30,677 bases of DNA from Acidobacteriota bacterium (GTDB lineage: Bacteria > Acidobacteriota > Terriglobia > Bryobacterales > Bryobacteraceae), in contig CANIFK010000001.1 of NCBI GenBank assembly GCA_947466555.1, forward strand, positions 1 to 30,677. Reading direction: 5' to 3'. This document shows, piece by piece, positions 17,055-25,415 of the stretch. The position numbers were made by a program, and so were the translations under genes. Numbering within the stretch: the stretch's first letter is position 1; every line of letters begins with the position of its first letter. The notes under the pieces were generated by a model. The model made no database searches. It was not told where the DNA came from and saw only the letters and a list, made by a program, of their open reading frames with translations.

Positions 17055-18104
17055 TTAACGAATTGACGAGTGCGGCGTGAGTTCGCCGCGGAGATTCTGG
17101 CGCATGGCGGAACTCACGTTCGAGTGGGTGGCCAGCAGCCAGGCGAGTTTGGTGTATGCAGCCTCCGGGGTCATGTCGGCGGCGCTGAGTACACCCCGGT
17201 CGGCCAGTGCGCGTCCGGCTTCGTACTGCTCCATGTTGACGCGGCCTCGCGGGCACTGGGTGACATTGACCAGCACCTTTCCGCTCGCGGCGGCACGTGT
17301 GATGGCGGCCAGCAGTTCCGGGTTGGACGGGAAGTTCCCCTGGCCAAACGTCCGCAGCAGGGCCCCTTCGATGGCGGGGCCGGAGAGAAGCGTATCCAGA
17401 ACGGCGGCGGGCATGCCGGGAACGATCGTCACGTCGACGATGCCGGTGGACATGGCTTTGTGGACGAAGAAGGGCTGGCCGGTGGGCTGGGTCCGCAGGG
17501 ACGGGTCCAGGAAGACGTCGGTCTCGATGGAGCCGAGGGGCCGGAGGTTGGGCGAGTCGAAGGCGTCGGAATCGGTGGTGCTCATTTTGCGGGCGCGGTT
17601 GCCGCGGACAACCCGTTTGCCGAAGCAGATGGCGACCTCGGCGAGGAGTGGAAGCCCGGTGGCGCGGTACCCGGCGATGCGGAGGGAGTGGATCAGGTTC
17701 AGGCGGCCGTCGGTTCGGTCGTGGAAGAGTGGCGTTTGGGAGCCGGTCAGGATGACGGGCTTGGCCAGATTTTCGCAGAGAAACGACAGCGCGCTGGCCG
17801 TGTAGGCCATCGTGTCCGTACCGTGCAGGATGACGAAGCCGTCCCAGTGGGCGTACTCGCGTTCGAGGATCGCCGCCAGGGCCAGCCATTCGCGGGCGCC
17901 GATGTCGGAAGAATCGACGGGCGGCAGCGATGGGTCGGCGAGGAGTTCCCAATCGATGCCATCTCGCGCGCCGACGCCAGGGATGTAGCGGAGGACGTCT
18001 TCTTTGGCTCCGGGGCGGCGGGTGCCATCGGGGTTGGCGGGATCAACCGGGACCATACCGATCGTGCCGCCGGTGTAGATAACGAGTACTCGAGAGGACG
18101 CCAT
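17055..18104 (-). CDS. ansA: L-asparaginase type I (cytoplasmic)
   Basis: IYTGGTIGM, ILHGTDTMAY, ILTGSQ, GNRARKMST, DMTPEAAYTKL. No signal peptide. Confidence 0.9.
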   Translation of the reverse strand: MASSRVLVIYTGGTIGMVPVDPANPDGTRRPGAKEDVLRYIPGVGARDGIDWELLADPSLPPVDSSDIGAREWLALAAILEREYAHWDGFVILHGTDTMAYTASALSFLCENLAKPVILTGSQTPLFHDRTDGRLNLIHSLRIAGYRATGLPLLAEVAICFGKRVVRGNRARKMSTTDSDAFDSPNLRPLGSIETDVFLDPSLRTQPTGQPFFVHKAMSTGIVDVTIVPGMPAAVLDTLLSGPAIEGALLRTFGQGNFPSNPELLAAITRAAASGKVLVNVTQCPRGRVNMEQYEAGRALADRGVLSAADMTPEAAYTKLAWLLATHSNVSSAMRQNLRGELTPHSSIR

Positions 18105-18116
18105 GCGCGTCTCAGT

Positions 18117-18156
18117 CTAGCGCATAGGGCTTCCTATGGCGGGTATATAGCGCTAG
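18117..18156. promoter_or_regulatory. Nested palindromes in the ansA/xfp divergent promoter
   Basis: CATAGG-GCTT-CCTATG (18123-18138); outer CTAGCGC (18117-18123) / GCGCTAG (18150-18156); self-complementary TATATA (18144-18149). SD AGGAGG at 18166-18171. Confidence 0.5.
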
Positions 18157-18180
18157 GGTGGGGGTAGGAGGTGTTGCAAT

Positions 18181-20541
18181 ATGCTTACGCCACTGAATTT
18201 GGAGCTTGCCGAACGGATGAACTCCTACTGGCGGGCGGCCAATTATCTCTCGGTAGGTCAGATCTACCTATATGCGAATCCGTTGCTGCGTGAGCCGCTG
18301 CGTGCCGAGCATGTGAAACGACGGTTGCTGGGCCACTGGGGGACGACGCCTGGTTTGAACTTTATCTATGTGCACATGAACCGGCTGATCCGGGAGCACG
18401 ACCTGAATATTTTGTATGTTACCGGGCCCGGCCACGGAGGACCAGGCATCGTTGCGAATACTTATCTGGAAGGTACTTACAGTGAGGTGTACCCGGATAT
18501 CTCTCAAGATGTCGAGGGCATGAGGAAGTTATTCAAACAGTTTTCGTTTCCAGGCGGTATTCCGAGCCACGTGGCTCCGGAGACGCCCGGGTCGATTCAT
18601 GAGGGCGGGGAACTGGGTTATGCGCTGGTGCACGCCTACGGTGCGGCGTTCGACAATCCTGATTTGCTGGTGTGCTGTGTTGTGGGCGATGGAGAGGCCG
18701 AGACCGGTCCGCTGGCGACGAGCTGGCACTCCAACAAGTTTTTGAACCCGGCGCGCGATGGCGCTGTGCTGCCGGTACTGCATTTGAACGGGTACAAAAT
18801 CGCGGGCCCGACGGTGTTGGCTCGCCTGCCAAACGAAGAACTGGAGCAACTCTTCGTCGGCTACGGCTACAAACCTCACTTTGTGGAGGGCAGCGACCCG
18901 ATGACAATGCACCAGCGGATGGCCGCGGTGCTGGATGAGGCGTTGGCGGAGATCCGCGCGATTCAAGCGGATGCTCGTGAACGCGGGGTGACGGCCCGGC
19001 CACGTTGGCCGATGATTGTCCTGCGCAGTCCGAAGGGCTGGACGGGGCCGAAGATGGTGGATGGGAAACCGGCGGAGGGATCCTTCCGTTCGCACCAGGT
19101 GCCTCTGAGCAACGTCGCCACCAATCCGGAGCATTTGCGCCAATTGGAAGAGTGGATGCGGAGCTACAAGCCGGAGGAATTGTTCGATGCTTCCGGGCGG
19201 CTGCTGCCGGAGTTGGCCACACTCGCGCCGGAGGGGACGAAGCGGATGAGCGCCAATCCGCATGCCAACGGCGGGCTGCTGTTGCGGGATCTGGCGATGC
19301 CGGACTACCGGGCCTACGCGGTGGATGTGCCGGCGCCGGGGACGGTGGTGGCCGAGTCGACCCGCGTGATGAGCGTCTTCCTGCGAGATGTGATGAAGCG
19401 AAATTGGGAAGAGAAGAACTTCCGCGTGTTCGGGCCGGACGAGACGGCGTCGAACCGGCTGGGGGCGCTGTTTGAAGTGACCGACCGGGAGTGGATGGCG
19501 GAGATCGTGAAGAGCGATGATCACATGGCCATCGATGGCCGTGTGATGGAAATTCTGAGTGAACATATGTGCCAGGGTTGGCTGGAGGGCTACCTGCTTA
19601 CCGGGCGTCATGGCGTCTTCTCCTGCTACGAAGCGTTCATCCACATCATCGATTCGATGTTCAACCAGCACGCGAAATGGTTGAAAGTGTGCAACAACAT
19701 TCCCTGGCGGCGGCCGATTGCGTCGTTGAACTATCTGCTGACCTCGCATGTCTGGAGGCAGGACCACAACGGCTTCAGCCACCAGGACCCCGGGTTCATC
19801 GATCAGGTTGTGAACAAGAAGGCCGACGTGGTGCGCGTCTATCTGCCGCCCGACGCCAATACCCTGCTGTCGGTCACCGACCACTGCCTGCGCAGCCGGA
19901 ATTATGTGAACGTCATCGTGGCCGGCAAGCAGCCGGAGTTGCAGTGGCTGAACATGGAAGAGGCGTCGCGGCACTGCGAGGTGGGGATCGGCATATGGAC
20001 GTGGGCGAGCAACGATGCCGGCCAGGAGCCGGACGTTGTGATGGCCTGCGCCGGGGATGTGCCAACACTGGAAACATTGGCGGCCGTCGACGTGCTGCGG
20101 CAGCATCTGCCGGACTTGAAGATCCGCGTCGTGAACGTGGTGGACCTGATGACGCTGCAACCGTCGACGGAGCATCCGCACGGGCTGAGCGACCGGGAGT
20201 TTGACTCCATCTTCACCGAAGACAAGCCTGTGATCTTCGCTTTCCACGGCTATCCCACGCTCATTCACCGCCTGACCTACCGGCGGCACAACCACGTCAA
20301 CATGCACGTGCGTGGCTTCAAGGAAGAGGGCACCACTACGACTCCCTTCGACATGACGGTACTGAATGAACTGGACCGCTATCACCTGGCCGGTGACGTC
20401 ATCGACCGTGTTCCCCGGATCCGCAATCTGGCGGGGCACACGAAACAATTCCTCCGGGAAAAGTTGATTGAGCACAAGCACTACATCGATCAGTGGGGAG
20501 ACGATATGCCGGAAATCCGGGACTGGAAGTGGCCCTACTAA
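18181..20541 (+). CDS. xfp: Xylulose-5-P/fructose-6-P phosphoketolase
   Basis: [26 protein letters not shown] motif [13 protein letters not shown]...[33 protein letters not shown]. Strong SD. Confidence 0.97.
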   Translation: MLTPLNLELAERMNSYWRAANYLSVGQIYLYANPLLREPLRAEHVKRRLLGHWGTTPGLNFIYVHMNRLIREHDLNILYVTGPGHGGPGIVANTYLEGTYSEVYPDISQDVEGMRKLFKQFSFPGGIPSHVAPETPGSIHEGGELGYALVHAYGAAFDNPDLLVCCVVGDGEAETGPLATSWHSNKFLNPARDGAVLPVLHLNGYKIAGPTVLARLPNEELEQLFVGYGYKPHFVEGSDPMTMHQRMAAVLDEALAEIRAIQADARERGVTARPRWPMIVLRSPKGWTGPKMVDGKPAEGSFRSHQVPLSNVATNPEHLRQLEEWMRSYKPEELFDASGRLLPELATLAPEGTKRMSANPHANGGLLLRDLAMPDYRAYAVDVPAPGTVVAESTRVMSVFLRDVMKRNWEEKNFRVFGPDETASNRLGALFEVTDREWMAEIVKSDDHMAIDGRVMEILSEHMCQGWLEGYLLTGRHGVFSCYEAFIHIIDSMFNQHAKWLKVCNNIPWRRPIASLNYLLTSHVWRQDHNGFSHQDPGFIDQVVNKKADVVRVYLPPDANTLLSVTDHCLRSRNYVNVIVAGKQPELQWLNMEEASRHCEVGIGIWTWASNDAGQEPDVVMACAGDVPTLETLAAVDVLRQHLPDLKIRVVNVVDLMTLQPSTEHPHGLSDREFDSIFTEDKPVIFAFHGYPTLIHRLTYRRHNHVNMHVRGFKEEGTTTTPFDMTVLNELDRYHLAGDVIDRVPRIRNLAGHTKQFLREKLIEHKHYIDQWGDDMPEIRDWKWPY

Positions 20542-23174
20542 TGCCGGTTCCCAGTCCACATGCGGCAACAGTGGAAGCTGTTGCCGCGCAACTGGAGACG
20601 GATCCGCGTACTGGATTGCGGGAAGAGTTGGTGGCGGCGCGCCGGGAGAAGGCGGGGTGGAATGAACTGACAACCGTGGCGGGGGTTCCGTTGTGGCGGC
20701 GCGTGATGGAGCAGTTGGCCGATGCGCTGGTTCTGTTGCTTTTAGCAGCCGCCTTCGTCTCCGCGGTGGTTTGGTACGTGGAGAGGGAGACGCCGTACCC
20801 GTATGAGGCGTTGGTGATTCTGATCATCGTGGTGCTGAATGCGGGGCTGAGCCTGTTTCAGGAAGGTAAGGCCGAACAGGCGCTGGCGGCACTGCGGGCG
20901 ATGGCGGCGCCGGAGGTCACCGTTCTGCGCGATGGCGTGCCTCGTCGCGTGCCGAATCGCGACGTAGTGCCGGGCGACATGCTGGTGCTGGATGAGGGCG
21001 ACCTGGTGGCGGCCGACGCGCGGTTGGTGGAGTGTGTGGGGATGCGAACGCTGGAGGCGGCGTTGACCGGAGAAAGTGAGCCGGTCGAAAAACAGTTGGA
21101 GCCCGTCGATGAGCCGGCTGGGCTGGGGGACAGGACCAACATGGTGTTCGCGGGGACCGCCGTGAGCATGGGCCACGGTCGCGCGTTGGTGACGGCGACT
21201 GGAATGGAGACGGAGCTCGGCAAGATTGCGGGGATGCTGCGGAAGACCGAAAAACAGCTGACGCCGTTGCAACGCGAGTTGGACCGGACCGGGAAACAGT
21301 TGGGTGTGGCGGTGGTGGTGATCGCGGTCATCGTGGTTGCCACGCTGTTTTTTGTCGAGGGAATTCGCGATGCGAAGCAGGCCGTGCAGGTGCTGCTGTT
21401 TGGCGTGGCGTTGGCCGTCGCGGCGGCCCCGGAAGGGTTAGCCGCGGTGGTGACGGTGGTGCTGGCGTTGGGTGTCACGCGGATGGCCCGGCGCGGTGCC
21501 ATTGTGCGAAAGTTGCCGGCCGTGGAGACGCTGGGCGCGGCAACCGTGATCTGTACGGACAAGACGGGCACATTGACGCGGAATGAGATGACTGTGCGCG
21601 AGTTGGAAACGGCAAGCGGGCGCGAGGAGCCAAAGCTGCTTATGGCCGCTGTACTGGCGAACAACGCATCGGTGATTACGGAAGCCGGCGGGCCGCGATA
21701 CATGGGCGATCCGACGGAAACGGCGTTGTTGGTGGCCGCCGAGCGCAGCGGCATGGATGTGGTGGGCGTGCGCGCGAGGTACCCTCGCGTGGGCGAGGTG
21801 CCGTTCACTTCGGAACGGAAGCGGATGTCGACGGAGAACGAAGGCCCCGATGGGCGCGTAGGCTTCGCGAAAGGGGCAACGGGGCGGATCTTGGAGTTGT
21901 GCTCCGCCGAGCAAGTGGGGGACGACGTGCGGCCGTTGACCGATGCGCGCCGTGCTGAGATTCTGGCGAAGACAGAAGCGCTCGCGGCGAAGGCGCTTCG
22001 GGTGTTGGGTGTCGCGACGGGGAGTGGAGAAAGTGGCCTTACGTTTGTGGGTTTGATTGGAATGATGGATCCGCCGCGGCCGGAAGCTACGGCGGCGGTG
22101 GCGCGGGCGCGTAGCGCGGGGATCCGGCCCGTGATGATCACCGGCGACCACCCCGCGACGGCCCTGGCGATCGCCCGAGAGGTGGGAATCGCCGCCGAAC
22201 CACGTGTGGTGACGGGTGCGGAATTGGACAAGGCCTTTGACGGGGGCGCCGATGTCTACGCGCGCGTGAACCCGGAGCACAAGCTGCGGATTGTGCAATC
22301 CCTGCAGTCGACCGGCGCCGTAGTAGCGATGACTGGCGATGGCGTCAACGATGCGCCCGCGTTGAAGGCGGCCGATATCGGCATCGCCATGGGCAAAGTC
22401 GGCACGGATGTGGCCAAGGAGGCCGCCGACCTGATTCTGACCGACGACAACTTCGCCACCATCGTCGCGGCCGTGGAGGAGGGCCGCGCGGTTTTCGACA
22501 ACATCCAGAAGTTCTTGCGCTACCTGCTGTCGTCGAACGCGGGCGAAGTGCTGACTGTGTTTTTCGGCGTCTTGCTGGCGCGCCAGTTGGGTTTGGAGGG
22601 TGACCACGGGTTTGTTCTGCCGTTGCTGGCCACGCAGATTCTCTGGATCAATCTGGTGACTGACGGCGCGCCGGCACTGGCCCTGGGTGCCGATCCGGCC
22701 AGCCCCGATCTAATGACCCGCGCCCCGCGTCCGGCCGGTGCGGGCGTCATCGACCGCCGCATGGGATACGGGATCGTCATGATTGGCTTAGTGATGGCGG
22801 TGGGGACGCTCGCCGTGATGGACGCGTCGATGCCGGGTGGGTTCATTGAAGGCGTCGGCACGCTGGCCTACGGGCGCACGATGGCCTTTACGACGCTGGT
22901 GCTCTTCCAGATCTTCAACGCGTTTAACTGCCGTTCGGATGAGCGCAGCGCCTTTGTTGGCCTGTTCGCCAACCAATGGCTGTGGGCGGCGGCGGGCGCA
23001 TCGGTGGCGCTGCATTTGTTGGTGCTCTATGTTCCGGTGCTGCGGGCGGCGTTCAGCACCGTGCCCCTCTCCGGCGGCGATTGGCTGCTGGCGACGGCCG
23101 TGGCGAGCATGGTTCTTTGGGTTTCGGAGGGAATGAAGTGGATCAGCCGCGCCGGATGGCTGCGCGTCGAGTAG
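20541..23174 (+). CDS. P-type ATPase, P2A (Ca2+-transporting-like)
   Basis: Start at the TAATG overlap 20541. Motifs LTGES, PEGL, phosphorylation site ICTDKTGTLT, MITGD, MTGDGVNDAPAL, TM5 SSNAGE, TM6 WINLVTDG. Confidence 0.95.
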   Translation: MPVPSPHAATVEAVAAQLETDPRTGLREELVAARREKAGWNELTTVAGVPLWRRVMEQLADALVLLLLAAAFVSAVVWYVERETPYPYEALVILIIVVLNAGLSLFQEGKAEQALAALRAMAAPEVTVLRDGVPRRVPNRDVVPGDMLVLDEGDLVAADARLVECVGMRTLEAALTGESEPVEKQLEPVDEPAGLGDRTNMVFAGTAVSMGHGRALVTATGMETELGKIAGMLRKTEKQLTPLQRELDRTGKQLGVAVVVIAVIVVATLFFVEGIRDAKQAVQVLLFGVALAVAAAPEGLAAVVTVVLALGVTRMARRGAIVRKLPAVETLGAATVICTDKTGTLTRNEMTVRELETASGREEPKLLMAAVLANNASVITEAGGPRYMGDPTETALLVAAERSGMDVVGVRARYPRVGEVPFTSERKRMSTENEGPDGRVGFAKGATGRILELCSAEQVGDDVRPLTDARRAEILAKTEALAAKALRVLGVATGSGESGLTFVGLIGMMDPPRPEATAAVARARSAGIRPVMITGDHPATALAIAREVGIAAEPRVVTGAELDKAFDGGADVYARVNPEHKLRIVQSLQSTGAVVAMTGDGVNDAPALKAADIGIAMGKVGTDVAKEAADLILTDDNFATIVAAVEEGRAVFDNIQKFLRYLLSSNAGEVLTVFFGVLLARQLGLEGDHGFVLPLLATQILWINLVTDGAPALALGADPASPDLMTRAPRPAGAGVIDRRMGYGIVMIGLVMAVGTLAVMDASMPGGFIEGVGTLAYGRTMAFTTLVLFQIFNAFNCRSDERSAFVGLFANQWLWAAAGASVALHLLVLYVPVLRAAFSTVPLSGGDWLLATAVASMVLWVSEGMKWISRAGWLRVE

Positions 23175-23187
23175 AATTTCTTTAACC

Positions 23188-24450
23188 ATGTCCACATTCG
23201 ACAGACGCTCCTTCCTGCTTTCAGCGACCACCGCCGCACAAGCCGCCTTCGGCGCCGCACCGAGTGACCGGATGCGGATCGCCATCGTCGGCGTTGGCTC
23301 GCGCGGCTCGGCGCACATCAACGAGATTCTGCCGGTGCCAAACGTGGAAATCGCCGCACTCGTCGAAGTGGACGGCGCCCGCGCCGAAGCGGCCTCGCAA
23401 CGGATCTTCCAGAAGACCGGGAAGCGGCCGATCATCGAATCGGACATGCGACGGGTGTTCGACGATAAATCCATCGACGCGGTGACGGTGGCGACCTGCA
23501 ACCACTGGCACGCGCTATCGGGCATTTGGGCAATGCAGGCCGGCAAGGACGTCTATGTCGAAAAGCCCGTTTCGCACAACATCTACGAAGGCCGGAAGCT
23601 TGTCGAGACCGCGCGGAAGTACAACCGCGTGGCCGCCGGCGGCACGCAGCGGCGCTGGTGGGGCCGGTTCCGCAAGGCCGTCGAACTCATTCACGGCGGC
23701 GCGATCGGCGAGGTCTATCAAGGGAACTTTTTCTTCCCCGGCAATCGGGATTCGATCGGTTTCAAACCGGTCAAGCAGCCGCCCGCCAACCTGAACTGGG
23801 ACAAGTGGCTGGGGCCGGCGCAGATGGAGCCGTACCACGAAAATCTCGTCCACTATAACTGGCACTGGTTCTGGAATTTCGGCAACGGTGAGCTCGGCAA
23901 CAACGGCATTCACATGATCGATATTCTGCGCTGGGGCATGCAGCAGAAGTTGCCGGTATCGGTGCGTTCCACCGGCGGGCGGTTTGGCTACAAAGACCAG
24001 GCGGAAACGCCGAACACGCAGAACGTCACCTGGACGTTCGCCAACGGCGCCAGCATCGTCGGCCAGCTCCGCGGCTTGTATACGAAGGACCCGATGTCGT
24101 GGGATTTCTACGGCACCAAAGGCCATCTGCACATGATGGCCGACGGGCAGTTCACCATCCGCCTGGGCCGGAACAAAGTGGACGAACCGGTGGTCGAGTC
24201 GCCGAAGAATCTGGACCATTTCGCCAACTTCGCCGACGCCGTTCGCGCCCGCGATCCGAAGCTATTGCACGCCGAAATCGAAGAGACATTTCTCTCCACG
24301 GCACTGTGCCACTTGGGCAACATCTCCCACCGCCTGGGCCGCGAATTGAAGTTCGATCCAACGGCCATGCACTTCGTAAATGACAAAGAGGCGGATGGTC
24401 TGCTCACCCGCCCCTATCGTGCGCCTTACGTGGTGCCGGAGAAGGTTTAA
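23188..24450 (+). CDS. Gfo/Idh/MocA family oxidoreductase, Tat-exported
   Basis: Tat DRRSFLL, Rossmann IAIVGVGSRG, DVYVEKP, LNWDKWLGPA, GELGNNGIHMID. Confidence 0.92.
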   Translation: MSTFDRRSFLLSATTAAQAAFGAAPSDRMRIAIVGVGSRGSAHINEILPVPNVEIAALVEVDGARAEAASQRIFQKTGKRPIIESDMRRVFDDKSIDAVTVATCNHWHALSGIWAMQAGKDVYVEKPVSHNIYEGRKLVETARKYNRVAAGGTQRRWWGRFRKAVELIHGGAIGEVYQGNFFFPGNRDSIGFKPVKQPPANLNWDKWLGPAQMEPYHENLVHYNWHWFWNFGNGELGNNGIHMIDILRWGMQQKLPVSVRSTGGRFGYKDQAETPNTQNVTWTFANGASIVGQLRGLYTKDPMSWDFYGTKGHLHMMADGQFTIRLGRNKVDEPVVESPKNLDHFANFADAVRARDPKLLHAEIEETFLSTALCHLGNISHRLGRELKFDPTAMHFVNDKEADGLLTRPYRAPYVVPEKV

Positions 24451-25337
24451 CCCTTCAGGTACTTGTTGAAAAATTCCATCGTGCGGGTCCAGGCGAGATC
24501 CGCCGCGGCTTTGTCGAAGCGCGGCGTGGTGTCGTTGTGGAACCCGTGGTTGGTCTTCGGGTAGATGTGCACGGTGTAGTTCACGCTGTTGGCTTTCAGC
24601 GCCTCTTCGTAGGCCGCGATGCCGGCGTTGATCCGCTGGTCGAGCTCGGCATATTGGAGCAGCAGCGGACACTTGATCTTGGCCGCGTCGGCCGCCGTGG
24701 CTTGCGCGCCGTAGAAGGGAACGGCGGCGTTCAGGTCAGCGCCCAGTCGCACCGCAAGCATGTTCGAAACCCCGCCGCCGAAGCAGAAGCCAACGGCGCC
24801 CAGCTTGCCGGTGGCGTCGTCGCGGGTCTTCAGCCAGCGTGCCGCGGCGATGAAATCTTCCGCCATCTTGGCGCGGTCGACGGTGCCGAACAGCTTGCCG
24901 CCAGCCTCATCATTGCCCGGGTATCCGCCGACGCTCGTCAACCCATCCGGCGCGAAGGCGGTGAACCCGGCCGTGCCCAACCGGCGAGCAACGTCTTCAA
25001 TGTAGGGGTTCAACCCGCGGTTTTCATGCACCACAATGACGCCCGGCGTCTTGCCGCCCTTTGCCGGCCGGACCAGATAGCCCTTGATCGAACCGTTGCC
25101 TTGCGGCGAGGGGACCGTGGCGTATTCGGCCTTGATACGCGCATCGTCTTTGGCGATCTGCTGTGCCCAGGCGTAGTTGGGGCGAAGAGCTTCAAAGAGC
25201 ATCGCCGCCGTCACGGAGCCCGTAGCGTAGTGCTTGGCGCCTTCCAGAAAGTCGCGGCGTTCGATGTCGCCGTGGACGTACTTGTCAAAGAGATTTAACA
25301 ACTCTTGTGGGAAATCAGCGGCTGTTTTGCGTTCCAT
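24447..25337 (-). CDS. yghX: Dienelactone hydrolase family protein (YghX-like)
   Basis: Start at 25337 (SD AGGAG; MERKTAADFPQELLNLFDKYVHGDIERRDFL). Motifs HENRGLNPYIEDVARR, nucleophile GFCFGG, HGFHNDTTPR. Confidence 0.9.
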   Translation of the reverse strand: MERKTAADFPQELLNLFDKYVHGDIERRDFLEGAKHYATGSVTAAMLFEALRPNYAWAQQIAKDDARIKAEYATVPSPQGNGSIKGYLVRPAKGGKTPGVIVVHENRGLNPYIEDVARRLGTAGFTAFAPDGLTSVGGYPGNDEAGGKLFGTVDRAKMAEDFIAAARWLKTRDDATGKLGAVGFCFGGGVSNMLAVRLGADLNAAVPFYGAQATAADAAKIKCPLLLQYAELDQRINAGIAAYEEALKANSVNYTVHIYPKTNHGFHNDTTPRFDKAAADLAWTRTMEFFNKYLKG

Positions 25338-25415
25338 AGTGATGGCTCCTGAATGGGCTGAGAATAGCACACGGCGAGGGCATCGTATGATGGGAAGTTC
25401 GGGCTCTAAGCGATC

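Noticed and set aside
18117-18144. dif-like geometry CTAGCGCATAG-GGCTTC-CTATGGCGGGT (GCGCATA-N-6bp-N-TATG)
   Set aside because: The XerC-like arm is partly similar, but the highly conserved XerD arm TTATGTTAAAT is matched at only about 5 of 11 positions in either orientation. It is better explained as a promoter palindrome.
18529-20673. 714-aa antisense ORF over the phosphoketolase, and similar long shadow ORFs (13333-14568, 15001-16401, 7813-8919, 21438-22607, 17070-18167)
   Set aside because: They lie fully opposite well-conserved genes, have no recognisable motifs, and are expected from stop-codon scarcity in GC-rich coding DNA.
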